In this document: positions 38,685 to 50,913 of the stretch, one piece after another
Layout: every line of letters begins with the position of its first letter
Position numbering within the stretch: position 1 is the first letter of the stretch
IMG/VR virus record: IMGVR_UViG_3300038463_000227
Span: 7,920 to 71,919 of that record
DNA length: 64,000 bases
From: a virus
Reading direction: 5' to 3' (one strand)
Made by a program: the position numbers and the translations under genes
The notes under the pieces: model-generated
Databases searched by the model: none
Told to the model about the DNA's origin: nothing
The model's input: the letters and a program-made list of their open reading frames with translations, nothing else

Positions 38685-39278
38685 ATGAAAGTTACATTCA
38701 AACAATTCAATAAATTCGTTGAAACTGAAGATGATCAACTAGCAGAACAACAGCTAGATGAAATATGGCCATTCACGGACCCCAAGAAAAAAGCTGAAGA
38801 TGAAAAGAATAAACGTGATGCACTTGCTAAACTTCGTCAAAAACAAATTGATGATAGAAAAGCTCTTTCAGCAGCTAAAGATAAACAAATGCAAGATACA
38901 AAAGATAAAATTGCAAAAGCCGCCGGGATTGCTGCCCAACCAAATAATGTAAAAAAAGCCGGACCAATGAATGCAGCAACTGCTCGAGCAGCTGAACAAG
39001 ATTGGGTACGTGGAATGGCTAATGAAAGTGTTATGAATGATACTGTTATTAGTAAAATGGTACAAGGTTTAATTACCGGTTTAAGTCCAGCACAAAAACG
39101 TGCAATAATTAAAAATTATAATCAACCAGAACCACTTCATTTTGGTAAGTTTGAAGCAGATAGAGCAAAGGTTATGCGGGATGTTTATGATGTGGTTACT
39201 AAAAATAACCCAAATAAAACAGACAACAGAATTCATAATGCTTTACTCAAGCATTTTAATGAAAAAGAAAAAGTATAA
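38685..39278 (+). CDS. Late protein (candidate internal head protein)
   Basis: MKVTFKQF..F.E N-terminus; terminator at 39279-39305. Confidence 0.8.
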   Translation: MKVTFKQFNKFVETEDDQLAEQQLDEIWPFTDPKKKAEDEKNKRDALAKLRQKQIDDRKALSAAKDKQMQDTKDKIAKAAGIAAQPNNVKKAGPMNAATARAAEQDWVRGMANESVMNDTVISKMVQGLITGLSPAQKRAIIKNYNQPEPLHFGKFEADRAKVMRDVYDVVTKNNPNKTDNRIHNALLKHFNEKEKV

Positions 39279-39694
39279 TAAAAGGAACCTTCGGGTTCCT
39301 TTTTTATTAACTGTGCAAAAATGCTAAAAAGCTGTACCAAGTATATTTCACACAGAATTCTGTTGTAAAAATAATACGGTTAACTAAGCTCTTTGCATGT
39401 ATAATGCCAATTTCAAGTTTACTAAGATCGATATACATGATTATTCCAATCAAATTTTACCAGCTTTCCAGCTGCGGATTAAAATTGCGGCCCCAATGGT
39501 ATTTATCACGGGACACAATCCCACGATAGTTAAACCAATGACTTCATACCACTTTGGTTTCATCCATGGGTCTTTACTTACTTCCAAAGCACGTCGAGCC
39601 ATAATAGCAATCGACATTAAATAGACAAGGGCTAAGGCTGCCCAAAGATAGTTATTCATAGAAATCCCTAAAGGTGGAAAGTTATCGGGCATGA

Positions 39695-39772
39695 TTAAAC
39701 CGGAACCAAAATGACATTACCACGATCAGTGATACCCATGTCGCCATCAATCGCATACATGTAAACACCCAT
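39695..39772 (-). CDS. 25-aa early peptide MGVYMYAIDGDMGITDRGNVILVPV
   Basis: Directly behind an early promoter; SD GGAG. Confidence 0.6.
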   Translation of the reverse strand: MGVYMYAIDGDMGITDRGNVILVPV

Positions 39773-39955
39773 GATTATCTCCAAGAAGTAATTCAATGAA
39801 GATATAATATCATGGGTTAAATTATATGTATATAACTAAATTGTAACAGTTAGAAATCCCGACCACGGCCATCACCGCCACCTGGTGGTGAATTAACTAC
39901 CAAATATATAAGAACAACGAAAAATATTACAAATAATCCAATTATCAACCACATA

Positions 39956-41014
39956 TTAAGCTACCTCTCTTTTATTTGTTTCAACTTTAGTAATCATATG
40001 ACCACAACCATTGCAGTGACTACATTCGGCAACACCAGCATTAATGATGTTCATTAAATTATCCAAATAGTAATCTATCTGTTCTTTCATTTCTGAAAGT
40101 GAATTTGCTGACCATCCTTCAATTGGTGTATATCCTTGATAACCATCAGGTCGTTGGTTATATCCACGATATGTCATTTCAAACAGTTCAACTTCTTTGG
40201 TTGATACTGTTGCCTTTTTATACTTTGAATATTTGTGTTTATTACCCTTAGCAGTTCTTTCTTCATACATATAATCATAAGGTTTGATTTTGACAATCCG
40301 TTTTACGGTAAAACAAAAATCATGATTGGATGTAATCTTAGCCACTTTAGGATTGATATTTTCAATAACATGCTGTCTAACAATACGGAAAACCTGATTT
40401 GAAGTTAAATGGCATGGACGTTCATGCATCAAAAATTCAGGAGTTAACAGTTTTTGAATATCTTCATAGTAGACAATAGAGGATAAATCTTGTTCATCCA
40501 CTTTGTTATCATCCCACATATCCCGACGTGCTAACTTAACTTTCATTTGAATTGGCTTTTCATATGACTCAATTTCAAATTCACGTAATACTACCACTTC
40601 CCAATTTTCATGGGGTTTCCAACCTGCTTCGGTAGTTGTATGGACAGCTTCATATAGTGGCTGAATATTGGTATAATTCTGCCATACATCATAGCCATCA
40701 CCATTCCGGTTAGTTTCAACATATTGATTGTTGACTTCTTCAGGAAACAGTTCTAAAGGAATTGATGGGAAATTATGTAAAGTCGCATCCTTGAGTTTAT
40801 ATTTTACAATAACATTTTTTGGATATGTTTTTTCTTCAACAGTTGTAATTTCGGTTGCACCAGGAATAAAGACAAACCCATTATTAACAGGTAAGTCTTC
40901 TATGCCATTAACTTTATAATGCCATTGCTGACTGGTACCCCAAAGACTTTTGATAAAAATACCAAGGTTGGTCTTATAGATTTCAAGTTTGGTTACTCTA
41001 ATATTACTCATCAT
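39956..41014 (-). CDS. Hypothetical protein with C-terminal CxxCxGxG
   Basis: 352 aa ORF. Confidence 0.8.
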   Translation of the reverse strand: MMSNIRVTKLEIYKTNLGIFIKSLWGTSQQWHYKVNGIEDLPVNNGFVFIPGATEITTVEEKTYPKNVIVKYKLKDATLHNFPSIPLELFPEEVNNQYVETNRNGDGYDVWQNYTNIQPLYEAVHTTTEAGWKPHENWEVVVLREFEIESYEKPIQMKVKLARRDMWDDNKVDEQDLSSIVYYEDIQKLLTPEFLMHERPCHLTSNQVFRIVRQHVIENINPKVAKITSNHDFCFTVKRIVKIKPYDYMYEERTAKGNKHKYSKYKKATVSTKEVELFEMTYRGYNQRPDGYQGYTPIEGWSANSLSEMKEQIDYYLDNLMNIINAGVAECSHCNGCGHMITKVETNKREVA

Positions 41015-41317
41015 TATTCCTATCAGAACATCGGTTTTACATCACACATTATCATTTTGAAGTCGGCTTTTTTCTTACCCGGAACATCTTCTTCACCTAA
41101 ATGAAAATGAATATATTCACCATTAACTAATAAAGCATATCCGTGTTCACGGAGTCTACGTTGCAATTCCGTAATAGCCTTCATTGCATTTTTTGAATTA
41201 TTGTAAAAGACACAAGTACCAAAAGGGCCAAACTGGCCTTTTTGAGAACTACACCAAGTATTTGTAGTAGCTTCCTTAATAACAAATACTTGGCGGGTTT
41301 GGTTTACATATGTCATA

Positions 41318-41905
41318 TTACTTAGCACGCAATTGCAGTGGTGCTTCTTTTTTGGTTTTGAATGCATCATCAGCACGACCAGTTGATACAATATCAAAGT
41401 CTTTCAAATTCAGCTTTGGATAGCCGGCAACATGCATCCACATACCTTGCCAAAATGAACCCAATGCAGTTTCATACTGACGTTTCAAATCAATTTGACG
41501 AGTCTGACCATTTTGGAAGTCATTACGACCAGCTTCAATGATTTGTTGGATTTGTTTGTAAACCGAAATATCCAAGTTTGGATTTTGTTCTTTGATCCAT
41601 TGCATACCTGCTTTGGAACCATCAGGACCATAACGTCCACCGATCGCTGCTTTAGTAAGTTCAATCAAATCAGCTTTGTACATATCAGGAACCTGAACTG
41701 ATTCTTGAACTTTTTGACCATACTGAGCAAGCAAGTTTCGGTTGTTATCTTGTACAGCAGTCAATTGTTGTTCCATTGAGTTACCATAATTGTAAGCTGA
41801 CACATAAGAACTTGCCACCACAATACCGACAATAATCAGAAAGCCCAAAAATGCCAAGACGGCAATCAATGCGCCTGAAACTGCACCACGTTGTTTAGTA
41901 TACAT
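41318..41905 (-). CDS. LemA-like membrane protein
   Basis: N-terminal TM then SAYN....EQQL; start re-called at MYTKQRG (SD AAGGA). Confidence 0.65.
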   Translation of the reverse strand: MYTKQRGAVSGALIAVLAFLGFLIIVGIVVASSYVSAYNYGNSMEQQLTAVQDNNRNLLAQYGQKVQESVQVPDMYKADLIELTKAAIGGRYGPDGSKAGMQWIKEQNPNLDISVYKQIQQIIEAGRNDFQNGQTRQIDLKRQYETALGSFWQGMWMHVAGYPKLNLKDFDIVSTGRADDAFKTKKEAPLQLRAK

Positions 41906-41933
41906 AATATTTCCTTGTAAAATTAAAATTAAA

Positions 41934-43058
41934 TTAGTTTGATTCTTTATACACTTGATAAGTAAAAAACAAATAACCAGCAACAATTAAAACCATTGCC
42001 AACACCATCATCCACATAGGTGGATCAATCTCTGCATCTAAATAAGCCATATCTTTCATATGCTTACGTTTAAATGTTTTTGCGGTTTCCAATAACAATG
42101 CTTGAGTAACATTATCAGCAGTCAAGTCATCTAATGCTAAGATATCATCTCGCATTTTAACTTGGAAGATTGCATCCTGAGCAAATGCCATAACATTAAC
42201 CCATGCAGCTTTCTTCGGATATTCTGGTGCACCAATGACAATTACCACATCATTTTTCTTACCATTTATCCATGCATTTTGGAGTGCATAGAAATAATTT
42301 GGATCAGCACTTTTGGTGATAACAATAACCGCATTTGCTTGTTTAGCAGGTCCTAAGACTTTTAAGACATTTGATAATTTATCATTCCATTCAGTAAGGT
42401 TTGGAATTACCACACCAACTGGAACTACACGATTAATACGGTAAATGTCATAAACATCGCCGGGATATGGTGGGATCATACCAACAAATTGATTCTTTAA
42501 AGACTCTTGTGCAGGTTGGAATAGACTTTCCGGCACCGCTTTAATATAATTTGTATAGTGATGTGATTCAGAAACGGGATCACCTTTTTTGATGATAGTA
42601 AATCGTTGTGGATCGGGCAATGCATAAACTGCACGACTTGTCCAATCAGCACTATCAATGCGGAAATCGCCGATATTAGAATTACAATCCCATTTTACAG
42701 TGTAGTGGTCTCGATAACAAGTATCACAAACTGTTGAGGAGGTTTGATTTTTACCAGAACCAGAGGTTACAGTTCGGCAATTACAAGAATAGCTTTCTAT
42801 ATAAGAACCATGAGTTCGAGCTTTGGCGGTAACTTCCCCATTCCAAATTTCTGTATCATCTGTCTTTAATCCCTTACCTGCCCAAAACATAGCTGAGAGT
42901 ACAAGGATACTAATTACAAAACCAATACCCATAACAAAACAGGCACCTTTGGTATCATAGCCACGCCAGTTACCAGAGATTCGTGGAATTATAAAAATGC
43001 CTAAGCAGGAAAGAAAAGCAGGTACAAGGAACATCCACAGCAAATCAATATTAATCAT
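41934..43058 (-). CDS. Membrane protein, partner of the LemA-like gene
   Basis: Two N-terminal and one C-terminal TM segments; Cys cluster; W.NGKKNDVV motif. Confidence 0.7.
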   Translation of the reverse strand: MINIDLLWMFLVPAFLSCLGIFIIPRISGNWRGYDTKGACFVMGIGFVISILVLSAMFWAGKGLKTDDTEIWNGEVTAKARTHGSYIESYSCNCRTVTSGSGKNQTSSTVCDTCYRDHYTVKWDCNSNIGDFRIDSADWTSRAVYALPDPQRFTIIKKGDPVSESHHYTNYIKAVPESLFQPAQESLKNQFVGMIPPYPGDVYDIYRINRVVPVGVVIPNLTEWNDKLSNVLKVLGPAKQANAVIVITKSADPNYFYALQNAWINGKKNDVVIVIGAPEYPKKAAWVNVMAFAQDAIFQVKMRDDILALDDLTADNVTQALLLETAKTFKRKHMKDMAYLDAEIDPPMWMMVLAMVLIVAGYLFFTYQVYKESN

Positions 43059-44139
43059 CGTAATTCCTTAAAGTATTAAATGTATTTCAGAGGAGATTAT
43101 AACACACTTATTTTAAAATGTGTTATAAATCTTTTGTAATAGCTTAATATTCTAGTTCGTCGTGTTCTTCGTCTTCTTCATCAGTATCAGGTCTTGTGAA
43201 AGCATGAGTTCCTTCAGCTTCCATACGATGTAGATAATACCAGATTGTTTCCAATTGGTATATACGTTTTACCCTACGGTAAACTTTATGACCAACAATT
43301 CCAAGAACAATAGAAGCAAGCCCTAATACCATTGCTGCTATTATAAAGCCACCAGCCAGTCCTAACATATAGCCAATGTAAGTAAAGGATTGAACTGTAA
43401 GCATTACTTCTGGTGTAGGCGCTATCATTTTGCAGCCCTTGGAACTCTATGTTGTGGACGGAATGGTTCTGAAATTTGTACATCAGATTTTGATAAGTCA
43501 ATACTTAGTTCAACCAATGTTTCTTCAGGACGTAATTTGATATCATATTTGTTTGTAAAGATCTTTGCTTCGATTGGGCGCTCTACAAAACTTGCTTGCT
43601 GCTTTGCAGTATCAAAGCCGGCGAAATAGGTTCCATTTGCAGTTTTGACAACATACAAAGAGATAGTAGTTTTATTTTCAGACATTGTGTTTCTCCGGGT
43701 TAATAATTAAGACTTTTTGTGGTTTTTAGAAAACTGAGATAGATAAGAATATTAAGAGCGCGAGCTAAATATTCTGTATGCATTAATGGTATTGTGTATG
43801 CTTTTGAGATATCAAACATTGTTGTTACAAATGATACAGACCATTGTGGTTGTTTACTAAAATGTATAACACTGACATTAATTACAAGTTGTAATTTCTG
43901 TTCAACTATAGATAATGCATTCAGATCATTTATATAATCGATTCCCCTAGCACCACGAGCCAATGGTGGAATCTTACTTGTAAAATAATCATTTAGTTTG
44001 TTATTTTTTGCTGCCAAACTCCACTCTGATAATGTATCAGAACTCACCTCATTAAAGATATTATTAAGTAATTCTTCAGTGACTACTGGTCTAATATCTT
44101 TTTTGATCTTAGCTTCTTTGAATTGTAAGATTTCTGCTG

Positions 44140-45015
44140 TCATACTTGATATACAGTTTTGGTATCATAGGAATTGTTATATACAGTTGGTTCATTAGGA
44201 TATCCCAATGGATTACAATGTAATTCACTATCACCAACTTTACCATGGTATGCAGTATGAGTATGACCAAAGAAAAGCATGGCTGGTTTATGTTTTAAAA
44301 TAAACTCATTCAGGTGTGTACCAAATGCATGATTAAGCAATCGAGTGGTATGATCTTTCATATACTGAGGATCAACTGCATCCATACTTGGCATGTGATG
44401 AGTAACAATAACAGTTCTACTATTATCTTTACCATTCATCCACTTTTCAAACTTAGCAATAGTCGTATTAAATATTGCTGCCATATCCGCAGGTGGCATC
44501 TTACTAATAGTATCATTAGAATTTGTTTTATAGATATGTCGATGGTCAGCAATGCAACGGGCTACTATGGCATGAACTTCTTCATTACCTTTCGCATAAT
44601 CAGTCCACATGGTTCCACATAGGAATGTGACACCATCAATTTTAACTTTCTTTGGATCATTACCAGCGACCGTCATCTTAGAATAATCTAATGAAGCAGC
44701 TTGTAGTGTTGATTCGATTTTCGGAAGTGTTTCAGTCATATGCATACCATAATGTTCATGGTTGCCAATAACATAAATTACATGTTTAAATCGAGGTACA
44801 ACTAATTCAAAGAAGGTAGCAATACGCTGTGGTTGTTTAGCAGTAGCTAAATCGCCGGCAACTATAAGTACAGTATCTTTATCAGTTGGAAGATGGGGTA
44901 AAAGTTTTAAAGCATGATCTTGTACTTTTGCATTACTGGAGTCATACAGATCATAATAAAACTCAAGATGTAAATCTGAGCATTCACGAATATTCAACAT
45001 AATTTCTTTCATCAA
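44140..45015 (-). CDS. Calcineurin-like metallophosphoesterase
   Basis: SDLHLE, AGD, GNHEHY, THH.P, GHTH, NP.GY. Confidence 0.9.
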   Translation of the reverse strand: MMKEIMLNIRECSDLHLEFYYDLYDSSNAKVQDHALKLLPHLPTDKDTVLIVAGDLATAKQPQRIATFFELVVPRFKHVIYVIGNHEHYGMHMTETLPKIESTLQAASLDYSKMTVAGNDPKKVKIDGVTFLCGTMWTDYAKGNEEVHAIVARCIADHRHIYKTNSNDTISKMPPADMAAIFNTTIAKFEKWMNGKDNSRTVIVTHHMPSMDAVDPQYMKDHTTRLLNHAFGTHLNEFILKHKPAMLFFGHTHTAYHGKVGDSELHCNPLGYPNEPTVYNNSYDTKTVYQV

Positions 45016-46678
45016 TATATTTTATAATTATAACATGGATATGACTTTAACAGTTAAGCTATTAAGAGCCATTTTTTGAAACAAACTTTAATTTCACGGA
45101 CTACACCAGTATCATTGGAACCTGTTAGTTCAATAATTCGTTTCTCAAGTAGAGCTTTGTCCCTACGCAGAATATATGGTTGTAAATCTATGACTTTCAT
45201 TTTAACCTACTGTTTTTTGCTACTATAGTATTTATTCAACTTTTTGAATGGGTTGTTTAAAATAAGCCATTTAACAACAGAATATCTTTCTAACCAATTA
45301 AAAAATCTACGAAGAAAATACTGGCGTATAATGGATACTGTTGTGTAAACAACAACCATTATAAAGTTTTGGGTGTGTGTGATTTGAAAGCCGAGCATTG
45401 GTAATACTGTAGCATTCAGGGTTAAAGATGTAGCTAGTCCTACAATAGTATTGGTGCCTGTTTCAAAGGCGGAGCCAAGTTTTGATTGCACTTACTTCCT
45501 TTATTCATTTTGGAGAACGGGAATTCCGTTAAGGATATGTTGTGGGCCATATAATTTAATCAAATAAAATGATTGATTTTTATGATACATTTCATATGTT
45601 TTAATGACTTTTGATAAGTCATATGATATATCATTAATCATAATAGCAGGATTACAATAAAAATCATTACTACACATTTTAAAAATTGTGGTGTTATCTT
45701 GTTTGGATAGTTCATCAACTTCAACAAAAAATCCTAATTTTCTAAACTTCTTTGCTCGCTTGTAGGTTGCCTTCATATCCTGATGAGTACCAAAGGCATA
45801 ATTCCAAAGAACATCCATTATTTTCCCATTAGAAAATTATAAAACATTAACAAATTAAGTTCAAGTAAAAACATTATTTCAACTGTTTGGATCCAGGATT
45901 TAGTTCGTTTGTACCATTTGGCACCAACAAAAGAAGCAACTGCTCCAATAAAAAATCCAGCTATGACGGGAATAGAGCCATGAATTAATTTGATTAATTC
46001 AGCAGTGAATTCATCCATATTAATCCTTAAAGAAATCTGATGTTACATTTTGGATTTCAATTGGATGTGGAACATATTCAACTTTAACACTTTCAGCGAC
46101 TCGGGTATAAAACTCACCTTCCCCTATCCATTTAGACATAAGTTGTAGCTCAAAAGCAAATTCTAATAGTTGATCAACTGTATATGGTGCATGTGGGAAA
46201 TGCTTTTCACCAAGTTCAACTAGAGCTTCCTGAAATTCTTCTTTTTGATAGTCACGAGGATCATACATATTACCAAAACCAGGACCTTGGTTTTTACTTT
46301 CAAAGAGTTTACAAAATTCAATAAGAAATTTTACTTTCTCTATGAATAAACCTTCCATCATACCGGTTTTATAATTATCAGCATCATTTTCCCAAGAGGT
46401 AACAGTTAAACGATATCCTGCAGGTATTACCATATCACCTTCAACATTTTGCATCATTTTGTTTTTACTCCATAGGATTTAAGACAGATTTTGGTATCAG
46501 TCATTAGAATGTTTCCACATAATTTATTATGCCTAATATGATAGATAAGGCAATGATAAGGGCAATTGCTTGTAGCCTACATTCTTCTTTGCTGTGGCCA
46601 TTTCTACGAAGATCCCTATAAAGAATCCTCGCATAAAATAGGCCAAATGCTGTATAGAAAATATTGTAGCTGAGCATC

Positions 46679-47986
46679 TTAGTCGATTACTACAACTTTG
46701 TCATCACGTTCGCGGACAAATGTTGGAAAGCGTAAAGATGAGACTTCTTTAGATTTTGAACGAGTGACATCTTGGTATTTGATAACAACTGTTTTACCAA
46801 TCCAATCAGTCATGGCACGATGTTCATCACTGAATCCTGAACCACAACGTGCTTCAACACGTTCACCTGATTCAGTAAATCCAACAACTTCAATACCACC
46901 CATCAAATCAGCAAGACGTGATTTTGGTTTACCTTTGTATGTACCAACAACAAGACAGTCCACATCAAAGAATCGTTTTACTTTACACCAAGTAATTTTA
47001 CGATCCCATTCATAAACGGCATTCCATTCTTTCAGAATCAAGCCTTCAATCTTACGGGCTTTGTTTTCTGGTTTGTCAATGGCTTCATTACAGAAATCTG
47101 CCATGTCTTGGTAGTTCATTACTTCACGACCTTCAGACAGGATGATTTTTTCACAGCGATTAATCTTAAGCATTTCAGTTAAGATTGAACGTGTATCACG
47201 CATAGTGATATTTGTTTTTTGAACCAACCAGTGACGCAATGGCATCAAGAAGAATGCACGGAAACGAAGATTTGCTTTGGCTTCATCATTACCTGCTTTC
47301 TTAGCATTTACTGTATCAGTAAATCCAAGATCAGAACAACGTTCACCATCAAGTACAAAGTCTTCACCATATGCACCACGAATTCTTTGGAGTTCTTCAT
47401 CAAACAAACCATTCACATGAGTGGCTTCTTTACCTGAACGGCTGAAATAAGTTACACTGTCTTTTTTAACAATGGCAATTGTACGTTCACCATCATATTT
47501 AAAATCTGCTTGACAAGGGAATGTGATATATTTTTCAAAGTCTTCAAATTCATCACACTTATCAGCCAACATAACTTCAAATGATGGAACGAGATTAGGA
47601 AATACTTTATTGACTGTATCAGCAGAGAATCCGCCTTTTAAGTCTTTGTCGAAGATACGAGCAATTATTGGTTGAGCATAATGATTGAATGTACCAATTA
47701 TATGAGTAACAGCTGCACGAGCTGCATCACCGGTAAGTTCACGAGATGCTAATTGATCCAATACCAAGAACAGTGCATTATAATCATGCTGTTCTTCCAT
47801 ACACTTTGAGGCATGTTGTGGCATGTCATATTTCTTAACACCAAAAATCCGATATGGATCAAGGGCTTCTTTGATTAATCGCTGTGCGACTGAATCGGCT
47901 TTTGCAAGATGTGCTTGGATTTCTTTTTTAGAACCAGCACCAGTTGCATTTTCACATGCTAAAATTACTTCAGTAAAATTACTCAT
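46679..47986 (-). CDS. ATP-dependent DNA ligase
   Basis: KYDGER, LDGE, EGLILK, W.KVK, GSGFSD, SLRFP.F. Confidence 0.95.
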   Translation of the reverse strand: MSNFTEVILACENATGAGSKKEIQAHLAKADSVAQRLIKEALDPYRIFGVKKYDMPQHASKCMEEQHDYNALFLVLDQLASRELTGDAARAAVTHIIGTFNHYAQPIIARIFDKDLKGGFSADTVNKVFPNLVPSFEVMLADKCDEFEDFEKYITFPCQADFKYDGERTIAIVKKDSVTYFSRSGKEATHVNGLFDEELQRIRGAYGEDFVLDGERCSDLGFTDTVNAKKAGNDEAKANLRFRAFFLMPLRHWLVQKTNITMRDTRSILTEMLKINRCEKIILSEGREVMNYQDMADFCNEAIDKPENKARKIEGLILKEWNAVYEWDRKITWCKVKRFFDVDCLVVGTYKGKPKSRLADLMGGIEVVGFTESGERVEARCGSGFSDEHRAMTDWIGKTVVIKYQDVTRSKSKEVSSLRFPTFVRERDDKVVVID

Positions 47987-49145
47987 TATATTCCTTTTAT
48001 ATTTTCAACATAGTTTTCGACATCAATGGCAGCTTTTTCTTTACCAACAAAACGTAAAAATCCGGTAATAAAATCCATAGCTAATTCTTCATCACTAGCA
48101 TAAGATTCTTCCTTATCTGTCAGTAATGAAAGCCAATATCTTCTGTATCAATAAGAATTTTCATTTTAATACTCCCGACAGTTGATTTCTTTAGCTGTAT
48201 AAATTAAGGCAAAGTTTCCAATGCCTAAATTTCCAGCCATCCATAAGAGGGTGACAAAGAAGCCGATAATGGCTAAGATTGTTTTGATTGTTTTCATACG
48301 TTAATTATACCATTTTTATATGGGAAAGTACAATAATTACCAACGCGGATGGAAGAAAATTTCTGATAACACAAAGCATTTGTATGGGTAAGTTTTATTT
48401 GGGAAGTTTCCAGCAAGATCTTCCAAAATATAAGTTACACCTAAGACAGCAATACCCGTAGTTGCAACACCACGAAGAATTGCTTCACCTTCAAGTTTTA
48501 CACCATCAGCAATAGTAATGGTGTAATCGACAGTAATACCGTCATTGTAATATTCAGTTTCAGTAGACATTTTAACCTTTTGTAGGAACGTGTGGGATTG
48601 GAACAACAATCAAAGGACCAAATTCTTTTGGTTTACGGCCAATTGCTGCAGTAAATTGATTAATAGGGATGTTATAGAAATCCCCTTTAACATTTCTGAC
48701 AACAGCATTTTTACTTGAGCCAAGACCCATCAAAGTAACATTACCTAAATTACCATATTTGAGTTCAAGACCAATGTCTTTGACACTTAGATTGTAATAA
48801 CTGCCATATTTCCGCATGTTATTACTGAATTTTGGATCAGCTGAACCTATGCAATCAGTATCACCGAACTGTGCAGTGATTTTAAATGTTGCATCATTGA
48901 AAACAACACGGGTTGGGCTTAATGACAGACCATGTTTTTCAGCAACTTCTTTCATTGCTTTGTCCAGGTCATTATGAATTTGAGCAATTTTTTCTTTGGT
49001 CAGCATTTTGAATCTCCACGAGGTTATGAATCAATGAAGTAATTATATGCCTTACTCATAATAAAGTAAACTTTTTAATTGTAACAAAACCTGCTATTTT
49101 AAAAGCATAAATAGATAATGCAAAATAACAACATAAGGAATTATC

Positions 49146-49574
49146 TTGGCAAAGAAACGAACCCCAGAACTAAAAGTTGAATTTATCAATGATGGTAAAG
49201 CCCATCATTTCATTTCGTTGTTAGAATATAAACGTGAAAATTACCTTTGTATTATCGATTTTATATCACCCACTGAAATTGGTGCTTATGTATTAGACTA
49301 TGCTGAACAAGAAGAGATACCAGTTGCAGATTTCCTGAGACTGGTAACCCATTGGTTCTATGGTAAATCTGACTCTCATCCGCTTAGTATTGAATTGGCA
49401 CGACATGGTTTAACTAGTGTTTTTGCACCTATTTACCGCACCTTTGATGCAACTTATGTATCAAGGATTGTTGGACAGTCCTTCAGTTATGAAGGTATGC
49501 AAACATCAAAAGTTAAACGTAGACGTGTTATTTCAGTACCTGAAGGCATTGAAATCAGATTCCGCAAAGATTAA
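49146..49574 (+). CDS. Hypothetical protein
   Basis: 142 aa, TTG start, SD AAGGA. Confidence 0.7.
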   Translation: MAKKRTPELKVEFINDGKAHHFISLLEYKRENYLCIIDFISPTEIGAYVLDYAEQEEIPVADFLRLVTHWFYGKSDSHPLSIELARHGLTSVFAPIYRTFDATYVSRIVGQSFSYEGMQTSKVKRRRVISVPEGIEIRFRKD

Positions 49575-50626
49575 TTCAGATCATACAGTTCATGCAATAC
49601 TGTTAATGTCCACTTTTTAAACTCAGCTTGTAATTCCGGAGTTACTTCTTGTAATTCCGAATTAGCAACAGCTTCATCTATTTTACCAAAAGCACCATCC
49701 AAATATGCAGTGGCTTCATCAAGTGTAACCTCACCACGTTTAACTGCCAACAAATAATCAGCATTTGGACGTGGGAATATTAACTGTTTAGTAGTACACA
49801 ATTCCAAAACCTGTTCAGTAATACGAATCGCATGAGACAGAGCTTTCCAGTCAACACCCTCACCTTCATTACTTTGAACACGATGACCATAAGTTTCAAG
49901 CATCTTATTAACACGGTCAAAAACATATTCCAGTTTGTTAGTTAACGGGAAACGTTTTCCACAAACTTCAACTGCATTATGACCGGCTTCAGATTGCTCA
50001 TCTTCTATGACTATACTTTTAACATGTGGAATTGTCAATAAATTAGCACGTAAAGTTTCCGCTTGCAAAAGAGTAATATCTCGGGTATGAATACCATTAT
50101 GACTATCTTGTAAATCCAGATATGATTTGATCATGGCAGCAAACTGTTTCATAGAGGTATAACGCTCTGTTTTCAATCCATACAATTTAGATTGTGAAAC
50201 AGCATAACCAACCATCTTTTTCATGTTCTTTGTAAGGAAACGGGTAATTAATGTATTAGCCATATCCTCAAAAAATACACCATCATTAAACTGATCTTTT
50301 GGAGATTGGTTTGGGTTGATTACTGCATCACCATTAGCAAGAGCAAATACCATTTCAAGGGCATAAGTTTGACCTGAAATGAAATCATTCAAGAAAACTT
50401 GCAATGGAAGAAATTCAGTTTCGGATCCACCTGCAACCATCTTATCAGTTTGCTTCATTCCTTCTGGTTTTTCTTTGTTGTTTACTAATTTGAGATTCAA
50501 AAGCAGGTCATCCAAAGCTGGAAGACATACTGATTTGTAATCATAATCAGAAGTTTCTGTTGCTGTTCCATACATACGGGAACCCATCAGGATTGTAAAC
50601 AGTGTTGAGTTCTTTTTAACTTTCAT
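49571..50626 (-). CDS. Pol-beta-family nucleotidyltransferase (RlaP / T4 NrdC.11-like)
   Basis: GSRMYGT....SDYDYK; DWKALSHAIR. Confidence 0.85.
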   Translation of the reverse strand: MKVKKNSTLFTILMGSRMYGTATETSDYDYKSVCLPALDDLLLNLKLVNNKEKPEGMKQTDKMVAGGSETEFLPLQVFLNDFISGQTYALEMVFALANGDAVINPNQSPKDQFNDGVFFEDMANTLITRFLTKNMKKMVGYAVSQSKLYGLKTERYTSMKQFAAMIKSYLDLQDSHNGIHTRDITLLQAETLRANLLTIPHVKSIVIEDEQSEAGHNAVEVCGKRFPLTNKLEYVFDRVNKMLETYGHRVQSNEGEGVDWKALSHAIRITEQVLELCTTKQLIFPRPNADYLLAVKRGEVTLDEATAYLDGAFGKIDEAVANSELQEVTPELQAEFKKWTLTVLHELYDLN

Positions 50627-50913
50627 TATTTTCTCCGGAAAATAAAATATATTACTACAAATATTAGGGCAAGAGTAATTGCCGCATGGGTATCATTCCA
50701 CATTAGGGTAAGTCCTCTGCACCACCGAAACCAGTATGAGTACTATCACCAAATGCTGTCCACCATAATCCCATAAATATTTCTGTTGCTATACAGATTT
50801 TAAATAAAAATGGTACTAACATATCAGGTGCACAGTATTTTTCTAATGCTAATTCAATTCCATATAAAACCAAAAATATAATTGTGGTAATTGCTAAGCG
50901 ATTATACCATTTA

